Positions 56,369 through 63,648 of a stretch of 64,000 nucleotides of DNA are shown in pieces. The DNA is from a phage, in sequence record PZ445446.1; one strand, 5' to 3'. A model generated the notes under the pieces. That model did no database searches. It was not told where the DNA came from and saw only the letters and a list, made by a program, of their open reading frames with translations. Within the stretch, counting starts at the first letter, position 1. Each line of letters opens with the position of its first letter. The translations under genes and the position numbers were made by a program.

Positions 56369-57300
56369 TGCATATAGTTCTCGTTGTGGAAATAGTAATC
56401 AAGTATCTCACGGCGTTCCTGCTCCAGGAGGCAGTTCCACACATCTTCTGTGTAATTGTTACGAATGAAGTTTACCATGCCGTAAAACTCTTCGTCAACA
56501 CGTTTAAAGATATCATCATCCCAAATCCTCCAAGCTTTACCCCTCATTACGGCCTTCCGTGCCAGGTAGTATGGAGACTTGATCTTCAGCTGCAGGTCAT
56601 AAGGGTAGTAAGGCTTACGGATCATATACCCTTCGCCCCTTGTTTCTGCGGCTAATTCTTTTGCATAGCTGAACGGGATTTCACGCACAGTGTGAGGACG
56701 TTTTGCACCAAGGTATTTGGCAATCCCATCTAAAGCTGCTTCTGGTAGCATTATTCCAGAATCATTATATCTGCAACCTATCAAATATGCGCCATGGTCT
56801 TCTTGAACAATATGCGGATCTGAAGGGTGACAAATTTCAAACATGAATGTCATGTTTTCATTGCCCATAACCTTCTTGATAAGATCTAAATTACCACATT
56901 GCTCTTGGATGGTTTCCTTTGCAAGGTTACAATATGGAGAATCAAGAGACCCGGTTGTTGAGAACAATAGGTCACCTTTATGAGATGATACCACACCAAG
57001 GAATCCGTTCTTTTTCTCTACCGCAGTCACAAGCTTATTGTCAGGCAGGTTGGTGGAGTTTTCTCCCAAGTTAAACACTTTTGTGAAGGGCCATGCCACA
57101 ACATTTCCTTCATTACCTACAACAATGCCTCGGCACTCCAGTAAACGAGGGGACAAATGCCATAAATTGTTGTAAAATACTTTTCTAGCATATTTATAGA
57201 TCTTTAACCCGAGATCTGGGTAATACCTACTGGTTACAAGACCTTTGTCAACTAGGTCGTCTGCATTAAAATACTTCATCATACGTTCCTCATTTGTCAT
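56365..57300 (-). CDS. RNA ligase 1 (T4 RnlA-like)
   Basis: 311 aa; LECRGIVVGNEG, KVFNLGEN, AVEKKNGFL, FSTTGS align with T4 Rnl1 LECRGIMFEMDG, KFFNLNEN, LTKEDGSL, FKSKGS. Confidence 0.7.
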   Translation of the reverse strand: MTNEERMMKYFNADDLVDKGLVTSRYYPDLGLKIYKYARKVFYNNLWHLSPRLLECRGIVVGNEGNVVAWPFTKVFNLGENSTNLPDNKLVTAVEKKNGFLGVVSSHKGDLLFSTTGSLDSPYCNLAKETIQEQCGNLDLIKKVMGNENMTFMFEICHPSDPHIVQEDHGAYLIGCRYNDSGIMLPEAALDGIAKYLGAKRPHTVREIPFSYAKELAAETRGEGYMIRKPYYPYDLQLKIKSPYYLARKAVMRGKAWRIWDDDIFKRVDEEFYGMVNFIRNNYTEDVWNCLLEQERREILDYYFHNENYMQ

Positions 57301-57343
57301 TTTGTCAGTCTATCCTGCCACACAAATAACCTAGTGTCAACAC

Positions 57344-57808
57344 TTGAAATTAACAAAACAGTTAGGTATACTATCGTTGAAATTAAAACGGAGGGTCACT
57401 ATGTCTAAAATGCTATATATCGTGCGTGGTCTACCAGGGTCTGGCAAATCAACACTGGCAAATGCGCTATCTTTAGAGGGTCTGTATCCACATTTTGAGA
57501 ACGACATGTTCTGGTACGACGATGATGGAAATTACAACTGGGATGCAAGTAAAGTCACACTTGCAGCAAAATGGTGCAAAGATAACGTAGAAGATATGAT
57601 GCGTATGGGATACGACCGTATCGTGGTAAGTAATACGTTTACAAAAGAAAAATATGTGCAAAAATATATTGACATGGCAATCAGTTATGGGTATAGTTAT
57701 ACCGTAATCGTGGTTGAAAACCGCCACGGTAATAAAAGCATTCATGCTTCAGACGAGGTTGTGGATCGTATGGAACGCCAACTTAAAAACTGCATTAAAC
57801 TTAAATGA
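57344..57808 (+). CDS. P-loop polynucleotide kinase-like protein
   Basis: 154 aa; Walker A GLPGSGKST in a context like T4 Pnk N-terminus (GCPGSGKST); TTGAAA/TATACT promoter-like and ggaggg SD. Confidence 0.55.
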   Translation: MKLTKQLGILSLKLKRRVTMSKMLYIVRGLPGSGKSTLANALSLEGLYPHFENDMFWYDDDGNYNWDASKVTLAAKWCKDNVEDMMRMGYDRIVVSNTFTKEKYVQKYIDMAISYGYSYTVIVVENRHGNKSIHASDEVVDRMERQLKNCIKLK

Positions 57809-57815
57809 GGAATGT

Positions 57816-58370
57816 ATGAAATACTTTGTAACAAGCGACACACACTTTCTCCACCAGCGGGTCATGGAGTTCGATTCATGTCAAAAACACAGATCTCAGT
57901 ATGATCACAATCTTGACAGTATGAATGCGGGAATCATCGCCGAGTGGAACTCTGTTGTGTCACCTGCAGACACTGTGTTCCACTTGGGAGATATTGCGTG
58001 CACTAATGATAAGAATATCAACAACTTACTTCCAGATATTCTAAATATGTTGAACGGACATATTATTCTTGTTCGTGGCAACCATGACACAAGGACGACT
58101 GTCAGAATTATGAAAGAGTTCGGTCATGAGGTTGTAGATTATTACGAGCTTCGCCACAACAAGAATTTGATCTGTATGAGCCATTACCAATTTGCAAAGT
58201 GGAACAGAAAGCCTCACGGATCAGTCCAACTGTTCGGTCATGCTCACGGAACCACACAACAGTTGTTTGGCAGGCAGCTTGATGTCGGTTGGGATGTGTG
58301 GGGGAGACTCTTACCATTAGAAGAGGCATACCGTATTGCAATGAGTTTTGCTATTGACAGCGGGGAGTAA
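57816..58370 (+). CDS. metallophosphoesterase (calcineurin-like)
   Basis: Start at ATG 57816 (gagga SD) rather than track 57714; motifs SDTHF, GD, VRGNHD. Confidence 0.65.
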   Translation: MKYFVTSDTHFLHQRVMEFDSCQKHRSQYDHNLDSMNAGIIAEWNSVVSPADTVFHLGDIACTNDKNINNLLPDILNMLNGHIILVRGNHDTRTTVRIMKEFGHEVVDYYELRHNKNLICMSHYQFAKWNRKPHGSVQLFGHAHGTTQQLFGRQLDVGWDVWGRLLPLEEAYRIAMSFAIDSGE

Positions 58371-58417
58371 TCCCTGCTATTTTAAAGAAAATTGCCACAC
58401 AAGGAGAATCAGGAGAT

Positions 58418-58768
58418 ATGAAAGATGGGGATAAGCTGCTATATCTTAAAGTCCCCCTTGAAATACTGTCTATGTCAAAAGTTTTGAATGACACAACTGG
58501 AGAGGTTGTTGTTCTTGACTTGTATGACAAGATCGTATACTGCTACCTGCACAACTGGTATAAGCTTGGAGGAAATTCACGCTTCACACCCAGCACAAGG
58601 AAAATTGCAGCAGATGTTGGGATAAAGAAAACAAAAGCAGCAGCGTGCGTTAAAACTTTAGAGTGTGCAGGGGTGGTTGAAACATCCACACAAGGGAGAG
58701 GTAAAAGATGCACATTTTCCAAAGTTTTGCCACCAGAAGAAGTTATTCGGATGTCAACAACTGGTTAG
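58418..58768 (+). CDS. putative HTH DNA-binding protein
   Basis: 116 aa; HTH-like STRKIAADVGIKKTKAAACVKTLECAGVV; immediately upstream of palindromic iterons. Confidence 0.45.
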   Translation: MKDGDKLLYLKVPLEILSMSKVLNDTTGEVVVLDLYDKIVYCYLHNWYKLGGNSRFTPSTRKIAADVGIKKTKAAACVKTLECAGVVETSTQGRGKRCTFSKVLPPEEVIRMSTTG

Positions 58769-58840
58769 ACCAGTAAAAACTTAAATATCTGTACTATAAG
58801 GATTCGTATGTTTTATGTTCGCCATGGAACGGATACTATT

Positions 58841-58926
58841 AACTGTCCGTGATACGGACACTACTGTCCGTCACGCGGACACATCTGCCCGTAATACGGA
58901 CACTAACTGTCCGTGATACGGACACA
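58841..58926. repeat. four tandem palindromic ~21-bp operator/iteron-like sites
   Basis: aactgtccgtgatacggacac x2 (identical, first and fourth) plus two variants; each unit is an inverted repeat gtccg-N5-cggac; followed by ~120 bp AT-rich DNA. Confidence 0.65.
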
Positions 58927-59045
58927 TAAAGAATATAACTAAAATAACTAAATAATAAAAAATAAAAGATCTAGTACTTATGGTACTAAGTACATATACT
59001 TAACTTATGTAGAATATACTAGATCCTAAGTACCATGTTTTAAAT

Positions 59046-59330
59046 TTATTACTTACTATGGGCAGTGTCGGCCCTTCATTGGCACTCGCCTACGAGGGGC
59101 GAGATGCCGGGCCTCCTTGGTGGACACAATAACAGAAGTGCATACATGCAGGTCTGTTAACATGTGTGGGAGCGAAGCGATAGCGCAGGCCAAAGGCCGA
59201 GCACTGATGTGGACCACCGACGAAAGCTTGCCAGCGCCGTAAGGAGTCGGTTGAGAGTCTCCCGCGCGAGCTTGGATGAAGTTTATGTGTGGAAACTGAC
59301 AAGAAGGTCCCTAAATCGCTCCACAGCCAT
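59046..59330. other. GC-rich structured non-coding segment (candidate ncRNA or long structured leader)
   Basis: ~285 bp with local hairpins (e.g. ctcgcc-tacgagg-ggcgag), no credible ORF on either strand; the minus-strand 70 aa ORF looks like non-coding translation. Confidence 0.3.
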
Positions 59331-59428
59331 ATAAACTATACCAAGTAAGGCAATCGCACCAGTTTGATAGAAAAGCTCGTTACAAAGCGATACAGTGAGT
59401 TTTTCTATAACTTGAAGAGGAGGCAGCT

Positions 59429-60007
59429 ATGAGTCCACGCAAAGATGACCGTGAAAAGATTGCAAAACGTTATCAGAATGAAGAACAGATGGAGAAAACT
59501 TTCGAGTGGAAGCCAGGTTTCCAGCGTAATCATTCTAACGCTCGTGATCGTAAGCATCCGGATAAGTGGTTAACACCGCCAAATGATGGCATGCAGGTTG
59601 GGGATGAGAAGGAGCTGTCACCTGGAAAAGATGGCAACTACATTCGCACTAAGGAAGCAGGTCCAAAGGATGACAGCTATCTTGTAGATAAGGTTCTTGA
59701 TGGTATTGATGTAGATGTTGACACTGCACGAAACCTTTTTCTTGGTTGGTATCGTACAGGGTTTTTCGACATCAAGGCTATTCGTCGTGTTTGTGATATT
59801 AAAAAGTCTGCATATGATGATGACTCTCTACATCGCACTCTGAGACAATACTCAGAGAGATACGGTCATCCAGTTATCACTCTTGACGATATTAACGAAG
59901 TGATGTATCATGCAGAGGTTGTTGCAGGTAGATTCGGTGATGCATATCTCGGTATTCTTTCTGCAAAAGATGAGGTAATGTTAAATAAAATTTACTATGA
60001 ACGCTGA
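59429..60007 (+). CDS. hypothetical protein
   Basis: 192 aa ORF with gaggagg SD. Confidence 0.5.
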   Translation: MSPRKDDREKIAKRYQNEEQMEKTFEWKPGFQRNHSNARDRKHPDKWLTPPNDGMQVGDEKELSPGKDGNYIRTKEAGPKDDSYLVDKVLDGIDVDVDTARNLFLGWYRTGFFDIKAIRRVCDIKKSAYDDDSLHRTLRQYSERYGHPVITLDDINEVMYHAEVVAGRFGDAYLGILSAKDEVMLNKIYYER

Positions 60008-60206
60008 GGAGCGCTTAATGAACAACCCGGTAGCAAAGAACTGTAATAAGTTCAACAAGTCTGCAATTCACACTGACAGGAAAAAGAGCTGGTCTCCTGA
60101 CATTGACGAGGAGCTTGAGAGTTACTTTGAAGACCTGGTCACTAATGCAGATGAGGTTGCGATTAAAGAATACGCAGACAGGAAGGATAAGGCCGGAATC
60201 TGTTGA
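59997..60206 (+). CDS. hypothetical small protein
   Basis: 69 aa ORF overlapping upstream gene end. Confidence 0.35.
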   Translation: MNAEERLMNNPVAKNCNKFNKSAIHTDRKKSWSPDIDEELESYFEDLVTNADEVAIKEYADRKDKAGIC

Positions 60207-60282
60207 CAAAAATAGTGTTACCTGATAAGATCTGCAATATGATGTGATGCAATTTTAACTTACGAGGTCTACAGGTAATGCT

Positions 60283-60525
60283 ATGTTTAAGGTTAAGCTC
60301 GTTTTTCGTTCCATGAATGAGGATTATTTAGAAGATGAAGGTGAATTTCGTGCACTGGATGATGCAATAGATTTTGCCAACGACTTAGCTTGTATGAATA
60401 CAGGTTATGGGCTATGTTGTTGGGATGGTGGTGTTCAGATCGGTGATAGCAAGATCTTCTACTTCTACCCTGAGCCTGATAACAAACAAATTAAGTATGT
60501 TTTATTTATTTGTGCTTTACAATGA
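60283..60525 (+). CDS. hypothetical protein
   Basis: 80 aa ORF. Confidence 0.4.
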   Translation: MFKVKLVFRSMNEDYLEDEGEFRALDDAIDFANDLACMNTGYGLCCWDGGVQIGDSKIFYFYPEPDNKQIKYVLFICALQ

Positions 60526-60529
60526 GGTT

Positions 60530-60860
60530 GTTTTCGTGTATCATGATGAATATCCAATTTAAAGATGAATTTGATGGCTTTATCTCTGGATGCTTTGAAA
60601 CAGGGTTCGGAGAAGACTGAGTTCCCCTTAGAGGGCTTGATAGTGCACCACACTTAAAATGGTAGGGGCAGCCAGCACATGACGATGTGACCCCAGCCAA
60701 CCTGTAACAAGGTCGAGCCGAAGCGCGGGTAATAGGCCTCTGGTAACCCACTTGTTGGGTCTTGCTGGCCCAGGACGCTGGACAAGTCGCAGGGAATACC
60801 ACCCTGCGGCGAACTTGACAATCAGTATTTGCTATGATAAAATCCACCTATCACGTGATA
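60530..60860. other. GC-rich structured non-coding segment (candidate ncRNA)
   Basis: ~330 bp lacking plausible ORFs; hairpins such as cgcaggg-aatacca-ccctgcg; overlapping minus-strand ORF has Ser/Pro/Arg-rich composition. Confidence 0.3.
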
Positions 60861-60871
60861 ATGGAGGAAAC

Positions 60872-61210
60872 ATGGCGGATACAACTAAAAAGCGTCGCCG
60901 TAGAGGCAGACCTCTGAAAGAGGAGTCCAACGCCATTCAGCTAGAGAAGAACATCCTTGATATGAAGGAATCTTTTATAGCGATGGTTCCAGAAGCTCAC
61001 AAAGTTTTAAGAGAGCTGATGTTGGACCCGAAAACCAAACAAAATATTCGTCAAAGCATTGCAGAGTATGTTCTTGATAAGGCAGACCGAATGCAGGAAG
61101 AATATGATGAGATGTTTGGTGAAGAGGAAGAGGTGGTAGTGGAAGAGGCTGAAAAACCAGCACCTTTTATGCCATTTACTACAGAAATACAGCCTGTTAG
61201 CAATAGCTAA
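60872..61210 (+). CDS. small basic DNA-binding protein (possible terminase small subunit)
   Basis: Start at ATG 60872 with ggagga SD; N-terminal KKRRRRGRPLKE basic/AT-hook-like segment, acidic C-terminus; function inferred only from position and charge. Confidence 0.35.
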   Translation: MADTTKKRRRRGRPLKEESNAIQLEKNILDMKESFIAMVPEAHKVLRELMLDPKTKQNIRQSIAEYVLDKADRMQEEYDEMFGEEEEVVVEEAEKPAPFMPFTTEIQPVSNS

Positions 61211-61219
61211 AATATTTTC

Positions 61220-61248
61220 TTGACAAACTTTGCTTAACAGTGTAATAT
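61220..61248 (+). promoter_or_regulatory. sigma70-like promoter upstream of tRNA cluster
   Basis: TTGACA, 17 bp spacer, TAATAT. Confidence 0.5.
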
Positions 61249-61306
61249 TGTAAACATGGTCTCCCACCTTTTCTGGCGGCTAAGGTGTAAAAGAAAGCCA
61301 CCCAGT

Positions 61307-61381
61307 GCCCTGTTAGCTTAGTGGATAAAGCAGCGGCCTTCTAAGCCGTTGACACTGGTTCGAGTCCAGTACGGGGTGCCA
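61307..61381 (+). tRNA. tRNA-Arg (anticodon UCU)
   Basis: Hand-folded cloverleaf: acceptor gccctgt/acggggt (two G-U), D-arm gctt/aagc, anticodon loop cttctaa, T-loop ttcgagt, encoded CCA. Confidence 0.7.
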
Positions 61382-61385
61382 AATT

Positions 61386-61472
61386 GGGGAGTTATCCCGT
61401 AGAGGTAGCGGTGTAGACTGTAAATCTATTGTCATTGCGACTCGGGTGGTTCGACTCCACCACTCCCCACCA
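61386..61472 (+). tRNA. tRNA-Tyr (anticodon GUA), type II
   Basis: Acceptor ggggagt/actcccc, anticodon loop ctgtaaa, long variable arm, T-arm ggtgg-ttcgact-ccacc, CCA encoded; close to E. coli tRNA-Tyr. Confidence 0.75.
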
Positions 61473-61586
61473 AATTTATATTTTTAGATGCATAAATAAT
61501 ACAGATAATGGCATTGATATTTATCGTCGTTTATACTAGTCACTAACTGCTCGAAAATCAGTGTCATTATCAGTATAATTTATAAA

Positions 61587-61677
61587 GGAGGGTAGGGAGC
61601 AATGGTGCTCAAGCGGTCTTGAAAACCGTCCCGTTGAGGATGACTCGATGATGGTTCGATTCCATTACTCTCCGCCA
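61587..61677 (+). tRNA. tRNA-Ser (anticodon UGA), type II
   Basis: Acceptor ggagggt/actctcc, D-stem gagc/gctc, anticodon stem gcggt/accgt with loop cttgaaa, long variable arm, T-loop ttcgatt, CCA encoded. Confidence 0.7.
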
Positions 61678-61766
61678 CATTGTTGACCTTGTAATTAAGC
61701 GAAAGCCGGAAGCAGAACCGGATTATCAAATGTTACAGTCGTCATCGCCGACTAGCAACATGGTCA

Positions 61767-61863
61767 ACATACTGAGCTAGGTAAGCCCTTTGGCAAGGGC
61801 GAGGATTTTTAATCCTGAAAATAGACGAGGTAGTCGTTGAATACATAGGTGGTTCGATTCCAT
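61767..61863 (+). tRNA. atypical tRNA-like gene (UUU-like anticodon loop, ~30-nt extra region, no encoded CCA)
   Basis: Perfect 7-bp acceptor gctaggt/acctagc, normal D-arm (gccc-tttggcaa-gggc) and T-arm (ggtgg-ttcgatt-ccatc), anticodon-like loop tttttaa; ~30 nt between anticodon and T arms; 3' end is CCT. Confidence 0.4.
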
Positions 61864-61870
61864 CACCTAG

Positions 61871-61946
61871 CACCTTTTTGCTGATGTAGCACAATCGGTA
61901 GTGCAATTGATTTGTAATCAATAGGTTGTAGGTTCAAGTCCTGCCA
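61871..61946 (+). tRNA. tRNA-Thr (anticodon UGU)
   Basis: Acceptor gctgatg/catcagc, D-stem gcac/gtgc, anticodon stem attga/tcaat with loop tttgtaa, T-loop ttcaagt, CCA encoded. Confidence 0.75.
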
Positions 61947-61947
61947 T

Positions 61948-62022
61948 CAGCACCAAGGCCCTGTAGCTGGAAGGTTCAAGCAAGCGACTCATAATCGCCA
62001 GACGGTGGTTCAATTCCACCCA
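61948..62022 (+). tRNA. tRNA-Met (anticodon CAU; initiator/elongator/Ile-lysidine not resolved)
   Basis: Acceptor ggccctg/cagggcc, anticodon loop ctcataa, T-arm ggtgg-ttcaatt-ccacc, CCA encoded. Confidence 0.65.
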
Positions 62023-62033
62023 GGGCCACCAAA

Positions 62034-62110
62034 TAGTAAATACTCCGCGTAGCTCAGCTTGGTAGAGCGCCTGATTTGGGATCAGGAGGTCGAGTGTTCG
62101 AATCACTCCG
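62034..62110 (+). tRNA. tRNA-Pro (anticodon UGG)
   Basis: Acceptor ctccgcg/cgtggag, D-arm gctc-agcttggta-gagc, anticodon stem cctga/tcagg with loop tttggga, T-loop ttcgaat, CCA encoded. Confidence 0.75.
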
Positions 62111-62165
62111 TGGAGACCACTTTCAGTTATACTTTAAACATATATAAACAAAAGGAACCTTTAAA

Positions 62166-62435
62166 ATGTATACACTTAAAATTGTAGAGCGTGTAAATCC
62201 AACTCATACCGTAGATTTTCGTGACGATTTCAATCCTCTGGCTGTAAATCTTCGAGAGTCATATCATGAACTCAGCTGCGATGCAGTGGTGGTCTTTTTT
62301 GAAGACAACTCTGAAGGGGCGGTAGCTTGTGTTGTTGATAGTGAGCAGAAGTTTTATATTTACAGAGATGTAGATGCATACTTGATGAATGAAAACGCAG
62401 TTACTGTTAGAATCATCCACCGAGTGCCTCGATAA
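62166..62435 (+). CDS. hypothetical protein
   Basis: 89 aa ORF with aaaggaacc SD; terminator-like hairpin downstream. Confidence 0.45.
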   Translation: MYTLKIVERVNPTHTVDFRDDFNPLAVNLRESYHELSCDAVVVFFEDNSEGAVACVVDSEQKFYIYRDVDAYLMNENAVTVRIIHRVPR

Positions 62436-62486
62436 GTATTAGTCTCCTTTTAGTTAGTTTCGATCTATTTAGGTTACTCAATTTTA

Positions 62487-62528
62487 ACCCGCCCCGTTAG
62501 CTGTATAGCTGCGGGGTTTTTTCGTTTC
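62487..62528 (+). terminator. rho-independent terminator candidate
   Basis: Hairpin ccccg...cgggg (loop ttagctgtatagctg) followed by ttttttcg. Confidence 0.45.
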
Positions 62529-62540
62529 TGGAGCCTTAAA

Positions 62541-62939
62541 ATGATTTCAGGTTTAACATGGCTGAGTAGGTATAGAGGGATCATAAAAGGTTTAGTTTTT
62601 GCAGCGGCTATAGGTACAGCTTATCTTGGGGCCGTGTATTGGTTTAACTCTAAGCTTAATGAAGCATACCAAGAAGGTGTGTCAGCAACAGAGTTGAAGT
62701 GGGAACGGATCCTTGATCAGCAACAAAAGCAGGCCGACAAAATTAAAATGGGCCACGCAGAGGAGGTTAAAAACCTTGAAAAATCCCTTTCTGATCTACA
62801 GGATAAATTAAATATAGCTGAGAGGGCAGGTAGAGAAAAGCAGATTATCTACCTCCAATCACCTGAAGGTAAGAAGTCAACACTTCCTGATCAGCTTATA
62901 GATATTTATAATGAGAGTATCAATCAGGAGGATCGATGA
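62541..62939 (+). CDS. i-spanin (Rz-like)
   Basis: 132 aa; N-terminal TM helix then charged coiled-coil-like region; overlaps downstream lipoprotein gene. Confidence 0.5.
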   Translation: MISGLTWLSRYRGIIKGLVFAAAIGTAYLGAVYWFNSKLNEAYQEGVSATELKWERILDQQQKQADKIKMGHAEEVKNLEKSLSDLQDKLNIAERAGREKQIIYLQSPEGKKSTLPDQLIDIYNESINQEDR

Positions 62940-63223
62940 GAGTTGCCACACTGTTTATTGCGTGCTTGTTATTATGTGGGTGTGCAACCAGCGTTGAGAG
63001 AGAATACAAGATTGACCCTCCGGATGTAGGAAGGTTGATTGTTAAACCCCCAGAAGGTGCCATGAAACCACCTGCTAAAGCTATGCCTTTGAAGAAAGGT
63101 GCGCCAGATGCAGTGAATTCTGGCATTATGAGGGATAATAATCTGTCTTGTAGCAATGATAGAGCTAAATTGATCATTTTGCAAGACTATATTAGAACAC
63201 TGTTTCCAAAGGAGAGAGGTTAA
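62936..63223 (+). CDS. o-spanin (Rz1-like outer-membrane lipoprotein)
   Basis: 95 aa; signal plus lipobox-like LLLCGCAT, proline-rich mature region; ATGA overlap with upstream gene. Confidence 0.5.
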   Translation: MRVATLFIACLLLCGCATSVEREYKIDPPDVGRLIVKPPEGAMKPPAKAMPLKKGAPDAVNSGIMRDNNLSCSNDRAKLIILQDYIRTLFPKERG

Positions 63224-63648
63224 TGTCTAAGATTTACGGACCGTGTTCTGAAAAGCAGAAGATGATCCTCGAAAACGATGCAGATATTTTGGTAATCGGC
63301 GGTGCCGCAGGGTCTGGCAAGTCGTTCCTCTTGCAATTGATGCCACTTAAAATTATTGATGACCCCCACAGCTCTGTGGTTATGTTCCGAAGAACAACCC
63401 CGCAGTTGGAAGGTGAGGGTGGACTATGGCCTAAAGCGGTAGCTATTTATAGTGATCTGCCTGAAAACATTAAGCCAAAGTTCAGAGAGAAGGATCATAA
63501 GTTCATTTTTCCACGGTTTGATCCGAACACTGGCAAGTGGGATAGAAGCAAAAAGGGAGCTGTTGTAAAATACTGCCACATGGAGTATGTACAAGATAAG
63601 CTTAACCATCAAGGGCTTGAGTACACCATGGTTTGCTTCGATGAGGGT
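63223..63648 (+). CDS. terL: terminase large subunit, exon 1 (ATPase N-terminus, interrupted by intron)
   Basis: Walker A GGAAGSGKS and Walker B-like MVCFDEG; ORF stops after only 142 aa exactly where group I intron elements begin. Confidence 0.6.

Noticed and set aside
58841-58926. Possible CRISPR array
   Set aside because: Four ~21-bp palindromic units abut each other with no unique spacers and no cas genes nearby; better explained as operator or iteron sites.
59090-59302. 70-aa minus-strand ORF across the GC-rich segment
   Set aside because: Pro/Ser/Arg/Gly-rich product typical of translating GC-rich structured DNA; no SD; treated as non-coding.
59046-59330. Identity of the GC-rich segments as RNase P RNA or tmRNA
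   Set aside because: No match by eye to conserved RNase P (GGAAAGUCCGG, ACAGAA) or tmRNA tRNA-like/tag elements; left as unclassified candidate ncRNA.
60506-60847. 113-aa minus-strand ORF across the second GC-rich segment
   Set aside because: Same reasoning: low-complexity Ser/Pro/Arg-rich translation, no expression signals.
61767-61863. Interpretation of the atypical tRNA as tRNA-Sec
   Set aside because: A 6-bp D-stem is possible but the anticodon loop contains no UCA and the acceptor stem is 7, not 8, bp; left as unassigned tRNA-like.
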